From Syntrophales bacterium (GTDB taxonomy: Bacteria; Desulfobacterota; Syntrophia; Syntrophales; UBA2210), in assembly GCA_963662405.2 (NCBI GenBank), contig CAXXKT010000001.1, positions 224,001 through 288,000 on the forward strand: a stretch of DNA of 64,000 nt, read 5' to 3'. A program made the position numbers and the translations under genes. The notes beneath the pieces are model-generated. The model was not told the DNA's origin. It made no database searches and saw only the letters and a list, made by a program, of their open reading frames with translations. This document shows positions 1-9,905 of the stretch, piece by piece. How positions within the stretch are numbered: the first letter of the stretch is position 1; every line of letters starts with the position of its first letter.

Positions 1-1800
1 TTGAAGACCGTGGCGAGACAGCAACCGGATCGGCCGAACTGCCCGGATGGGATCATCAGGCTCTCCGACCATGTCCGTGCCACCGATGAGGTGTTCCGTG
101 ATGTCGTTCAGGGCCTTTTGGAAGGAATCTACCTGGTCCCCGATCTGACTGTCGCCGTTCGCCTGTCGGAAAAATCCATCCCCGGAAACATTTATGTTAC
201 CCTCGAAGGAGACATCCTCGGATCCGACGGCGTACTGACGGGGGGCAGTGAACGAGAGGGTGGTTCCCTGCTGGCCGTCAAGAGAGAGCGCGCGGAACTG
301 GAGGGGGAAATCGAAGCTCTGGCGGATATGCTCGAGGGTGAAAAAGAAACGAGGGATGTCGCCGGGAGCACCATAGCGCGTCTCGAAGAGGAAGCGGCGC
401 AGGCGCGGTCGGAGACACACGAACTCGACCTGGAAATCAACGGACGGAAAAAAGATATAGAACGGCTGGAAGGCGAGGTCAGGTGGATTGAACAGCGCAT
501 CAACGTCATCGTCTTCAACAGGGAAAATCTCGAATCGGAGAAGACGCTCACAGCCGAAAAGATAACAGACGCCCAAAGCAATATCGCATCCCGCACAAGC
601 GATACGAAGGAGGGGGAGGGCCGTATCGCGACCCTGCAGGAGCAATGGGAGCAGACCCGCAGAGAGCAGGAGGAAAGCGAACAACATCTGACCGAACAGA
701 AGATTCTCCTCACATCCGCTGAAGAGAAGAGGAAATCAGGGCTCGAAACTATTTCTCGCCTCGAGAAGTCTATTGAAGAGGTAAGTACCCGCATGCAAGG
801 AACGGAGGAAGAGATACGGGCTTGTGATGAGAAGAGAACCGACACCATAGAACAGATCACGGATGGGGAAGAACACCTGAAAACCCTTTATGCGCAACAT
901 GCGGAAGCTGAAGAAGAATTGACGACCAGGAGGACAGAACACGGGGAGAAAAATGCCGTACATAAACAGAAGGAACAGGCGCTCAGAAACGCACGGAAGG
1001 TATCGGAAGACATTTCACGGCAGCTGACCGGCATCGAGATGGAGATCCGCGAGGTCGTCCTCCAGACGGAGACGTTGAGAGAAAACGCCCGTGAGAAACT
1101 GGACATCGATCTGGATGAATGCCTGCCGGGGTTCGCGATGATGAGCGAATTCGAAGCTGAAGGCCTGAAGAGAAAACTCACCACCCACAAGAAGAGACTG
1201 GATGAGTTCGGAGAGGTCAACCTCCTGGCCCTGAGCGAGCACGAAGAACTCAAAGAGCGCCACGATTTTCTGGCAGGACAGGTCAAAGACCTTAACTCCT
1301 CCCTGGACACCCTCCAGAAAACGATTTCGAGAATCAACCAGATATCCCGGAAACGCTTCAGTGAAACCTTCGATGCCGTGAATAGCCATTTCAAGGAGGT
1401 CTTTCCTCGCCTCTTCCCCGGAGGAAAGGGATTTCTTCGCCTGACCGATGAATCCGACATGTTGGAAACGGGAGTGGATATAGACATACAGATCCCCGGA
1501 AAGAAAAGGCAGAACCTCTCCCTCCTGTCGGGAGGCGAAAAGGCACTCTCCGCGGTGGCCCTGATCTTCGCGATCCTCCTGCATCGCCCGTCTCCCTTCC
1601 TGATTCTCGACGAGGCGGACGCGCCACTCGACGATGCGAACGTGTCCCTCTTCAGGCAGCTGGTACGTGACATTTCTCAGAATTCACAGGTTATATTCGT
1701 GACCCATAACAAGACCACGATGGAGGCCGCCGAAAACCTGATCGGTGTTACCATGCAGAAAAACGGCATATCCACTACGGTTTCAGTGAGCATGAACTGA
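1..1800 (+). CDS. smc: Chromosome segregation protein SMC (C-terminal part, truncated by window start)
   Basis: Hinge end (VTLEGD...TGG), long coiled coil, LSGGEK signature, Walker B ILDEADAPLD, FVTHN; upstream of ftsY. Confidence 0.95.
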   Translation: MKTVARQQPDRPNCPDGIIRLSDHVRATDEVFRDVVQGLLEGIYLVPDLTVAVRLSEKSIPGNIYVTLEGDILGSDGVLTGGSEREGGSLLAVKRERAELEGEIEALADMLEGEKETRDVAGSTIARLEEEAAQARSETHELDLEINGRKKDIERLEGEVRWIEQRINVIVFNRENLESEKTLTAEKITDAQSNIASRTSDTKEGEGRIATLQEQWEQTRREQEESEQHLTEQKILLTSAEEKRKSGLETISRLEKSIEEVSTRMQGTEEEIRACDEKRTDTIEQITDGEEHLKTLYAQHAEAEEELTTRRTEHGEKNAVHKQKEQALRNARKVSEDISRQLTGIEMEIREVVLQTETLRENAREKLDIDLDECLPGFAMMSEFEAEGLKRKLTTHKKRLDEFGEVNLLALSEHEELKERHDFLAGQVKDLNSSLDTLQKTISRINQISRKRFSETFDAVNSHFKEVFPRLFPGGKGFLRLTDESDMLETGVDIDIQIPGKKRQNLSLLSGGEKALSAVALIFAILLHRPSPFLILDEADAPLDDANVSLFRQLVRDISQNSQVIFVTHNKTTMEAAENLIGVTMQKNGISTTVSVSMN

Positions 1801-1870
1801 TACCGGCAGAAACCGGTACACACCTCCTTGTCATCCCTTCCAAAGTCGTTTATAGTGACGGTGGTTTGGG

Positions 1871-2848
1871 GTGTCTTCGGATCAATCTACGGAAGGATCG
1901 AATACGGGAATCGCACGCATGCAGAACAACGAAGAAACGAATTTTTTCACCAAGTTGAAAGTGGGACTGTCAAAAACACGGAAGGGGTTTATCAAAAACC
2001 TTGACGAGATGATTTCAGGGGAAAAGATCATCTCAAAAGATGTATTTGAGGATATCGAAGAGATGCTGATCGCCGCCGACCTGGGCCCCGTCTTCGCCTC
2101 AGAGCTGATTGAAGAGATGAAATACCGAGCGAAAAGAAACGCGATGAGCAGTTCGGAAGCCCTCAAGACGGTTATGAAGGAACAGATGACGGCCATCCTC
2201 AGGACATGCGAAGCTCCCCTGAGGATCCCCAAAGGGGAGCCCTTTACGATCATGGTCGTCGGGGTAAACGGAGCCGGGAAGACCACGACCATCGGAAAGA
2301 TAGCCTCACGCTTCAAGAGAAACGACATCCCTCTCGTCCTCGCCGCCGGGGACACATTCAGGGCGGCGGCTATCGAACAGCTCGCCATATGGGCCGAGAG
2401 AACGGACGCACCACTGATCAAACAGAAGATGGGGGCCGATCCATCGGCGGTGGTCTTTGACGCGGTTCATGCGGCACAGGCCCGCAAGGCCGTGATGATC
2501 GTCGACACGGCGGGGAGGCTTCATACGAAGACGGGGCTCATGGACGAACTCAAAAAGATCAAACGCATCATGGACAGGGAACTCCCCGGTTCCCCGCATG
2601 AGACCCTCCTCGTCCTCGACGCGACCACCGGCCAGAATGCCGTCGTGCAGGCCCAGATGTTCCATAAAGAAATCGGGATCACCGGGATAGCCCTCACCAA
2701 ACTGGACGGCACGGCGAAGGGTGGAATCATTATACGAATCGCGCAGGAAATGGAGATACCGATCCGTTACATCGGTGTCGGTGAAGGACTGGACGACCTG
2801 CGGCGGTTCAAGTGTGAGGAGTTCGTGGACGCCCTGTTCGGAGAATGA
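1871..2848 (+). CDS. ftsY: Signal recognition particle receptor FtsY
   Basis: GVNGAGKTTTIGK, DTFRAAA, DTAGR, TKLDGTAKGG motifs. Start may be the ATG at 1919. Confidence 0.95.
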   Translation: MSSDQSTEGSNTGIARMQNNEETNFFTKLKVGLSKTRKGFIKNLDEMISGEKIISKDVFEDIEEMLIAADLGPVFASELIEEMKYRAKRNAMSSSEALKTVMKEQMTAILRTCEAPLRIPKGEPFTIMVVGVNGAGKTTTIGKIASRFKRNDIPLVLAAGDTFRAAAIEQLAIWAERTDAPLIKQKMGADPSAVVFDAVHAAQARKAVMIVDTAGRLHTKTGLMDELKKIKRIMDRELPGSPHETLLVLDATTGQNAVVQAQMFHKEIGITGIALTKLDGTAKGGIIIRIAQEMEIPIRYIGVGEGLDDLRRFKCEEFVDALFGE

Positions 2849-2855
2849 GAATGCC

Positions 2856-3503
2856 ATGGGCAAGATATTCGCCATCGGCGACATCCACGGGTGTCTCTCC
2901 AAACTGGAGGCGCTCATCACTCGGATCGAGATCGACCGGTGCAATGATACCCTCGTCTTTATCGGGGATTATATAGACAGGGGTCCCGACTCCAAAGGGG
3001 TGATCGAGTTTGTCCTCGATTTGAGGGAGCGGTTCGGCACGGTTGTCTGTCTCAAGGGAAACCACGAGGAGATGTTTCTCAACTACGTGTGCCATGGCAC
3101 GGATAAGGACCTGTATCTGCTCAACGGCGGGGACACCACGATCGCCTCGTACGGGTATTGTGAAATACCGGAAGGAGTGCAGATCGACGTGCCGGAGACC
3201 CACATGAGCTTTTTCAAATCCCTCCTCCTCTGGTACGAAACGGCCCAGTACATCTTCGTCCACGCAGGCCTCAGGGACCGAATTCCGCTGGAAGACCAGG
3301 ATTCCCGCGATCTCCTCTGGATACGCTATGAATTCATACACTCTTCATGCGACTTCGGCAAGACCGTCGTCTTCGGGCATACCCCGACATCGCACGCGGA
3401 ACCCCTCTTCCTGCCGGGAAGGATAGGGATCGACACGGGGGCTGTTTACGGCGGACCCCTCACCTGCGTGGAACTGCCGACACAACGGGTATATCAGGCG
3501 TAG
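2856..3503 (+). CDS. Metallophosphoesterase / Ser-Thr phosphatase family
   Basis: GDIHG, GDYIDRG, KGNHE, HAG, FGHTP, IDTG motifs; start placed at MGKIF. Confidence 0.9.
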   Translation: MGKIFAIGDIHGCLSKLEALITRIEIDRCNDTLVFIGDYIDRGPDSKGVIEFVLDLRERFGTVVCLKGNHEEMFLNYVCHGTDKDLYLLNGGDTTIASYGYCEIPEGVQIDVPETHMSFFKSLLLWYETAQYIFVHAGLRDRIPLEDQDSRDLLWIRYEFIHSSCDFGKTVVFGHTPTSHAEPLFLPGRIGIDTGAVYGGPLTCVELPTQRVYQA

Positions 3504-3511
3504 GTGTAGAC

Positions 3512-4405
3512 ATGAAGATCATCGAATGCATCCCGAATTTTAGCGAGGGGCGAGATCCTGAGATTATCAGGGCCATCGCGGACGCTGCGACAGTCGTTCC
3601 CGGTGTCAAGGTTCTGAACTTCAGCATGGACCCGGACCACAACCGGAGCGTCCTGACCTTCATCGGCACACCGGAGGAAACACTGAATGGTGCAATCGCC
3701 GCCTGCGGCCGGGCCGCGGAACTGATCGACATGAGCAGACACCGCGGCTGTCATCCCCGCATCGGTGCCGTCGATGTGGTCCCCTTCGTCCCCTTGGAAG
3801 GGTCACTGATGGCGGAGGCGGTGGAGATAGCGCATCGATTTGGAAACATATTCGCACAAAGATACGATCTTCCCCTCTACTTCTACGGAGATGCCGCTCT
3901 GAGCGAGGAGAGAAAAAGACTCGCGGACATACGCCGGGGCCAGTATGAGGCGCTCGGCAATAAAATAACCGATCCCGCGTGGCGGCCCGATGCCGGTCCG
4001 GCCCGTTTTAACGCACGCCTTGGTGCAACCGCCGTGGGGGCACGGAAGCCCCTCATCGCCTTCAACATCAATCTCGATTCGGATAATGTTAGCTTGGCGC
4101 GAAAGATAGCCCGCTCGATCCGTCAATCAAGCGGCGGCTTCGAACATGTCCAGGCGCTGGGGTTGCTCCTCGAAAGGAGAAATATCGCCCAGGTTTCGAT
4201 GAACCTTACCGATTATGAGGTGACCTCCATCAGCACGGTCTTCGACGCCGTCAGTGCACAGGCCGCCGAAGAGGACATCGATATCCTCGAGTCCGAGTTG
4301 ATCGGCCTGATTCCCGGCGCCGCCCTTAAAGGGATACAACCTGACGAGATCAGACTGCTCGATTTTTCTGAGGAAAGAATCATTGAGAGCCATTACCACG
4401 GGTAG
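3512..4405 (+). CDS. ftcD: Glutamate formiminotransferase
   Basis: ECIPNFSEGR, DPDHNRSV, HPRIGAVDVVPFVP, QVSMNL, ESELIGLIP. Confidence 0.9.
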   Translation: MKIIECIPNFSEGRDPEIIRAIADAATVVPGVKVLNFSMDPDHNRSVLTFIGTPEETLNGAIAACGRAAELIDMSRHRGCHPRIGAVDVVPFVPLEGSLMAEAVEIAHRFGNIFAQRYDLPLYFYGDAALSEERKRLADIRRGQYEALGNKITDPAWRPDAGPARFNARLGATAVGARKPLIAFNINLDSDNVSLARKIARSIRQSSGGFEHVQALGLLLERRNIAQVSMNLTDYEVTSISTVFDAVSAQAAEEDIDILESELIGLIPGAALKGIQPDEIRLLDFSEERIIESHYHG

Positions 4406-4486
4406 ATAGTACCGGGGAAAGAATCCTCCCAATATCGTTGACTCCGCTTGGAAATAATGGTAGAAATTCTTCCTTCATTTTCATGT

Positions 4487-4563
4487 ACCCCCGTAGCTCA
4501 GTAGGATAGAGCAACGGATTCCTAATCCGTGTGTCGTGCGTTCGAATCGCACCGGGGGTACCA
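4487..4563 (+). tRNA. tRNA-Arg (anticodon CCT)
   Basis: Acceptor stem ACCCCCG/CGGGGGT, anticodon arm ACGGA-TTCCTAA-TCCGT, GTTCGAAT T-loop, encoded CCA; 77 nt. Confidence 0.97.
4516..4563 (+). repeat. attL core (3' 48 bp of tRNA-Arg)
   Basis: Identical to 44415-44462. Confidence 0.95.
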
Positions 4564-4602
4564 AAATTCAAGTACTTTGACTTAGAGGTTATTTTTAGTT
4601 TC

Positions 4603-4637
4603 TGACTACAAAATGACTACATTTCGGTGTGACCACA
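4603..4637 (+). repeat. Putative integrase arm-type sites TGAC(T/C)ACA x3
   Basis: TGACTACA at 4603 and 4614, TGACCACA at 4630; same motif inside attR at 44325 and 44369. Confidence 0.6.
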
Positions 4638-5082
4638 AAAACGGGAATTTATATTCTTGATTCCATCCACTCTTTGAATGCACGAGGAACAGATGAAATC
4701 TGATCGTCAAGAACCTTTCCCCCATTTTCGTCTATTCGTTCCCAACCATCCGGCTCGCGCAGATAAAGTCATATTGGCACAATCAAATCCAAACACAATT
4801 CAAATTGCTACCCTCTGAAAAATAATGAAATATAAAAAACACAGTACAACGTCGACAAGGAAGAGTACCCTATTGGTTCATCATCAAAATTCATTTTATG
4901 AGTCAAAAAGAATAAATACTAAATTATTGAAATTGAGATTATCCAAATCAAAAATATTGGTTTTATTGCCATGAGGAGTCTTACAATAAATAATAGATAC
5001 TCAAAAAGATCGCAGGAGGTGAGGGATGTTTTCCATCAGACGAGCGTTCCTCGATTCCCTGAATCACAACAGGTTGGCCCCC

Positions 5083-7095
5083 TTATGAATGGGGGTACAG
5101 GCTCTCGATCTCATCTCGGAAATTTTCCAAAACAACTCTGCGTTTGAGCTTTAATGTCGGGGTCAATTCACCGGATTCAATGCTGAACGGTCTTCCCAGT
5201 ATTTTATAGTACTGGATCTGTTCATGGTGAGGCAGGGTTGCGTTGACCTCATCCACCTGTTTTTTGATCAATGACACAACCGGTTCCTGTGCGACCATCT
5301 TTTCATCGGGGCATGCCGCAATGCCGTTATCTTTCAAAAACCGGCGTACCGCCTGAAAATCGGGAACGATCAGCGCCGATATATATTTCCTCGCGTCGCC
5401 GATGAGACAGGCCTGGTCTATATATGGTTTGGCCGTCACCGCCAGTTCAATCGGATGCGGGGCGATATTTTTTCCGCCGGAGGTGACAAAGATTTCCTTT
5501 TTCCGGTCGGTTATCATAAGGAATCCTTCCTCATCAAAGCTGCCGATATCGCCGGTCTGAAACCACCCGTCTTCGGTGAAGGTCTCGGCAGTTGCCTTGG
5601 GCAAATTCCAGTATCCCTGGAAGACCTGGGGGCCCTTGACCAGAATTTCACCATCTTCCGCAATTGTTTCTTCCGTCCAGATGACCGGTTTGCCCACGGT
5701 GCCAGGCTTGATCTGCAGTTTGTGAGCAACCGTATTATACGCCAGGGCCAGGGCGAGGACACGGATCGGGCTGGTATAGGGCGATAATCCCCTCGCCTGC
5801 TTGGTGACCATCAGATCCACCGTTAAATCGATCATCTTGTTTTTAAACCACCCGATCTTACCGACATCGAACCCGCTGGAGAATTCCGGTTCATTGAAGT
5901 TGATAACCGGTGCTGTTTCGGTCAGGCCATATCCTTCATTGAGTTGAATACCCAGTGCGCGAATAAAGACACACACATCTTTGGAGAGTTTTCCTCCTCC
6001 CGATATTCCCAACACTACACGATCAAGACCGGCCACCTTTCTGATTTTATTGAAGACCACCATGTTGGCCAGGGCGAATTGGATTAAATCGAACTGTCCC
6101 ATCCGCGTGGCGGTCGCCATAGCGTCGGCGTACTTTTCACCAATCCTCATCGCCCATGAGAACATGGCTTGAGCGACCTTGTTCTGCCGGGAAATGACGA
6201 ACCGGGTGGAGTCATATATCTTTTCCCATAACCGGGGGATACTGACAATGACATTAGGCCGTACTTCCAGCAGATTTTCCGGTATTCTTTTGAAATCTTC
6301 GGCAAAGACGAGGATGCTGCCCTGCCGAAGCGCACCCACATGGTAATCACTCGTCCTGCCGAACACATGGCACAGAGGCAGGTGAACGAGGTGCACCATG
6401 TGAAGCCCCAGCTCCCGCTGTCGACGAATAAGCGTGGAATTCGAGGACTGATGCAAGTTGGACACCCAGTTCTTCTGGGTCAGTACGGCACCTTTCGGCT
6501 TTCCCGTGGTTCCTGATGTATATATGATGGAAGCGACATCTTCCGGGGCAACAGCCTGTATCCGCCTCTCCACTTCCCCTTCACTGATTTTTTCTTTCCC
6601 CAGGACCATAACATCATCAAAGGTGTAGGCACCTTCAGGTCTGGGGCCATCCCAACTACACATGGAGATGACTGCCTCTATCGGAATTCCCTGCGTCCGT
6701 GCCTTGAGGGTCATTTCCCCCTTGTCCCGAGTGGAAACGATGACAACCCTGGCTCCGCTGTCTGCGGTCATATATTCCAATTCTTCCACTGTTGACGAAG
6801 GGTACAGGGGAACACCTATCGCACCGCAGGCCTGAATAGCCTGATCGGCAATGATCCATCTTGGCCTGCTTTCCGAAAAGATGACCACACGATCGCCTGT
6901 GCTTACTCCAAGAGAAATCAGTCCACGAGCAAAGGCGATGGCCTCCTCACGGGTTTTTTTCCAGCTACGTGAATACCATACACCACCAGGGTCGCCATTC
7001 CGATCGAACTTGCCGCGGAGCAGCTCGACTCGATCCCCATAGCAAAGTGCCTGATTGTGAAAAATCCCGCATATTGGATCCGTCCTGTACATCAT
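5083..7095 (-). CDS. Long-chain fatty-acid-CoA ligase (AMP-binding family)
   Basis: YTSGTTGKPKG, GYGLTET, GWFQTGDIG, ITDRKKE, ELTPTLKLKR. Confidence 0.9.
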   Translation of the reverse strand: MMYRTDPICGIFHNQALCYGDRVELLRGKFDRNGDPGGVWYSRSWKKTREEAIAFARGLISLGVSTGDRVVIFSESRPRWIIADQAIQACGAIGVPLYPSSTVEELEYMTADSGARVVIVSTRDKGEMTLKARTQGIPIEAVISMCSWDGPRPEGAYTFDDVMVLGKEKISEGEVERRIQAVAPEDVASIIYTSGTTGKPKGAVLTQKNWVSNLHQSSNSTLIRRQRELGLHMVHLVHLPLCHVFGRTSDYHVGALRQGSILVFAEDFKRIPENLLEVRPNVIVSIPRLWEKIYDSTRFVISRQNKVAQAMFSWAMRIGEKYADAMATATRMGQFDLIQFALANMVVFNKIRKVAGLDRVVLGISGGGKLSKDVCVFIRALGIQLNEGYGLTETAPVINFNEPEFSSGFDVGKIGWFKNKMIDLTVDLMVTKQARGLSPYTSPIRVLALALAYNTVAHKLQIKPGTVGKPVIWTEETIAEDGEILVKGPQVFQGYWNLPKATAETFTEDGWFQTGDIGSFDEEGFLMITDRKKEIFVTSGGKNIAPHPIELAVTAKPYIDQACLIGDARKYISALIVPDFQAVRRFLKDNGIAACPDEKMVAQEPVVSLIKKQVDEVNATLPHHEQIQYYKILGRPFSIESGELTPTLKLKRRVVLENFRDEIESLYPHS

Positions 7096-7759
7096 GTCCT
7101 CAGTCTTTCTGCCTTGATTATTTGTGATCTCTTTTCATTTCGTTAAATCCATGTCCCCTCATGAATGTGTAATCGCAGGTTTCACGGGTCACGTTCAATG
7201 GAGTCTTTACTACCGACGAACAGCGCTCGGCCATTACTTTCGCTCCTGCCTCCTTGGCCTGGATCGCAATTTCATATGGCTGATATCAGGGATAAGAAAG
7301 TCCTCTGCAGTGATTCTCTCCTGAAGCAGACCCCAGCTCAGAGATACCGTACGCCCTTCGAAGGCAGGGACGGTCCCCCTGAGCTGATTCGGGGGGTATG
7401 GAAGGCATTGCGCTCAACCTACTCTAAAAGATTCATCAGTGTTTTATAAAAACTATACTTTGTGTTTTTCCTATATGAGACATGGAATAGTGTCAAGAAT
7501 ATATGGCCTGAGCAGATATCGTGCCGTACGTTATTTCCTGACACGGGAAAAGGCTTCTCTCCGTTCTATCTGGATAGACAGGCTCCGCGGCATCCGATCG
7601 CCGACCCCTGCAAAATACCTCCATCGTCTGTTTCCGGTTCCGTAGACTTTTTGTAAAACGTGTCTATCGGTCGTCGCTGTCTCTGTGCGGTCAGGCAAAA
7701 GATGCCGTCATAGTATCTTCCTGATCAACTATGAGGAGCGTAAGATTGAATCGATATAG

Positions 7760-7793
7760 AAAAACCCCCGTCTTTTGGGCGGGGGCTTTTTTC
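7760..7793 (-). terminator. Intrinsic terminator after duplicated two-gene operon
   Basis: CCCCGTC/GGCGGGG hairpin flanked by A and T runs; homologous to 45316-45356. Confidence 0.65.
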
Positions 7794-7813
7794 TGGATAT
7801 TATGGTGTATTCG

Positions 7814-8074
7814 TTACCATCGTTCCTTCTTCTGCCGTTCCATGTTGAGCTTTGCTTCTCCGTAGAGCCTCCAGATGCACAGGCCGACGGCGAGGAAGAA
7901 GAGACCGAACATGAAACTGGGTTCGGTATTGAACCGGGTGTCGATCCACCGGCCTGCATAGAGGAACAGAAACGAGGAAGCGACGATCACGAACCCCCAT
8001 ACGCTGATCTGCAATATCTGAGTCAGGTTCGATCTCCAGTTTATCGAGTGATGGTGGTGATGTGTAGTGATCAT
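7814..8074 (-). CDS. AtpZ/AtpI-like two-TM protein with N-terminal His tract (island copy)
   Basis: Two hydrophobic helices around GRWIDTRFNTEP; AGGAGG RBS; near-identical paralogue at 45035-45295. Confidence 0.7.
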   Translation of the reverse strand: MITTHHHHHSINWRSNLTQILQISVWGFVIVASSFLFLYAGRWIDTRFNTEPSFMFGLFFLAVGLCIWRLYGEAKLNMERQKKERW

Positions 8075-8112
8075 TGTTCGAGTCCTCCTTTCGTAGGGTG
8101 TTTACCGTTTCA

Positions 8113-8388
8113 TTAGCTCACGAGGTTTTTGAGCGCGCCCACGACCGGAGCCGTGAAGAGAGCCACCAGGACGGCGTAGAGTGCGAAAGAGCCGACCGCC
8201 TCGCTGAGGTACAGTTTTGAGTACTTGTGTTTCAGAGAGGTGATGATCAAGCCGCCGACGATGAGGCATCCGAGATGGAAGTAAGGGAAGTTGGCCGCGT
8301 TGGTTGCGGTATACTCGGCAAACCCGAAAGAGGCGGTGACGAGCACCACGAAAGCCGCCATGATGATTGTCTGTACTGTCCGTTTCAT
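8113..8388 (-). CDS. Small membrane protein with signal-like N-terminus (island copy)
   Basis: AGGAGG RBS, hydrophobic segments, near-identical paralogue at 44724-44999. Confidence 0.75.
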   Translation of the reverse strand: MKRTVQTIIMAAFVVLVTASFGFAEYTATNAANFPYFHLGCLIVGGLIITSLKHKYSKLYLSEAVGSFALYAVLVALFTAPVVGALKNLVS

Positions 8389-8443
8389 GAGTATATCCTC
8401 CTTTTTATGTTTCCTTGTTTTCTTTCTTTTGACTTTATACTAA

Positions 8444-8459
8444 TGAAAGAAGCGTGCCA
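8444..8459 (-). promoter_or_regulatory. Sigma54-like promoter TGGCACG-N4-TTTCA
   Basis: One mismatch to TGGCACG-N4-TTGCA; identical 16-mer upstream of the host copy (44653-44668). Confidence 0.65.
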
Positions 8460-9028
8460 TTTCGCTGACTGGCGGTCAGAATATTTGTAACATATTGAAT
8501 ATGAGAAGGTTGTTGAGGAGAGCGGACTGGCGGAGGGGCACACAACCATGCCCGAACAACATGCCTGATTAAATGAAACATCAAACCGGATTGAATGAAA
8601 TGTTAGAAAAAGAGGGGAATAATAATATCACCGTTTGGGCATGAGCCAGCCGAGGAAACCATACCGAACCAAGCGCTTCCCGGGACGCTGAATATGTCGG
8701 CGGCCTGACTGGCATGTTGCCTGATAGCGGCGCAAATAATCGTATCGTTAAGATATTACTGAAAGCAATTTCATAATATTGCTTCAATCGTAATTCTATC
8801 AATTACAGGAGGAAGCAGAACGCAGTAACATACGAGCTCTGCCCCTGTTGCACCAAATCTCACACGTTTAACTACCGCTTGGGATCAGTTTTGGGGAAAA
8901 TCGATGATTGCCGTTTTAAAGTCTCACTGAAATGTGGCATGGGTGAATGAATTCGAAAAAACAACACTTCAAGAAGCGAGTTAGCAAAAGTCACATCTGA
9001 CGGTCTTACAACAAGCCGGATCGCTTCC

Positions 9029-9096
9029 TTCACTACTAACAAATGATTTTGATCAAAGGGAAATGCTGAGCTTGACCGTTGGAAGTGTAGCAAAAC
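9029..9096. repeat. Platform B, downstream half (copy 1)
   Basis: Aligns with 23171-23239; homology stops at the AAC/AAT core. Confidence 0.85.
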
Positions 9097-9162
9097 GTCT
9101 AAGCTCACCGTCGACACTGGAGCGCAACGGAATTGCCATCCGTGTGTAGCACCTCGCGGTTT
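9090..9162 (-). other. Degenerate attC of the R-M cassette
   Basis: Minus strand reads ...CACACGGATGGCAATTCCGTTGCGCTCCAGTGTCGACGGTGAGCTTAGAC-GTT directly after the REase stop; R'' box decayed. Confidence 0.6.
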
Positions 9163-9164
9163 TA

Positions 9165-9905
9165 TCAGCCAAGGCGTGCTGCTTCTGCGGCAATATGCCC
9201 GGCTAAAGCCGTCACAAATGCTTTAAGCCCAGTCATTGATGAAAGTTGAGAAAAATCTCCAGAATCTACTGCGCTACGTTCTGCCGCGATTACAGTGGCC
9301 GTTGTATATAGCTGCTCTTGTACAAGCCGCTGACATAGTAAGTCGTATCGCTTAAGGTACGAGGCTCCCTTAAATTCCTCAAAAACTGGAAAGTGTGGCG
9401 ATGAATCCCGCACAGGACTTCTTGACTTTGCGGTATCTTCAACCATTATTAGCCAACCTACAAACGGGCGAGGTTGTTTCCCAAAAGCTCCCTCACGGTA
9501 AGCCGTCCAAAGATCGTGTGCTGTTCCGATGGCTTCTTCAGTCCGATTGTTAAAATTGTTACCAAAAGAGGGCCCTACTTGGCTTTTTAACTCAATCGCG
9601 GCAATTAGCTCTCCCTTGTACATTACTAGGAGATCCCACAATTTTGTTGGCCGGAAATACCCCGGTAGCGTCAGCATCGCCCGGTTCTGGTGTATCTCAG
9701 CACGAGCTAGCCCATTGGCCTTGATGATGTCGAGCACCAAAGCCAAGAAACCATCCATGTTCTTGCCTGCGGTCACGCCTGCACGTTCCCCCTGGTCGGC
9801 TTTTCCAGATTCAATCTGCTTCTGCTTTGCTGCTTCACGGTTGCCCCAAAATGCCTTTACGGCTTCACGGGATTTTTGTTCGTAATCAGCGAGATCAAGA
9901 GCCAT
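9165..9905 (-). CDS. Type II restriction endonuclease, PaeR7I/XhoI family
   Basis: [33 protein letters not shown]; abuts cognate methylase. Confidence 0.88.
   Translation of the reverse strand: MALDLADYEQKSREAVKAFWGNREAAKQKQIESGKADQGERAGVTAGKNMDGFLALVLDIIKANGLARAEIHQNRAMLTLPGYFRPTKLWDLLVMYKGELIAAIELKSQVGPSFGNNFNNRTEEAIGTAHDLWTAYREGAFGKQPRPFVGWLIMVEDTAKSRSPVRDSSPHFPVFEEFKGASYLKRYDLLCQRLVQEQLYTTATVIAAERSAVDSGDFSQLSSMTGLKAFVTALAGHIAAEAARLG

Noticed and set aside
192..1673. Long antisense ORFs over smc (and similar ones over terL, primase, ABC and HD-GYP genes)
   Set aside because: Shadow frames of GC-rich coding genes with no motifs.
4648..4972. Minus-strand gene remnant just inside attL
   Set aside because: Broken by stops; the short open stretch cannot be assigned without a search.
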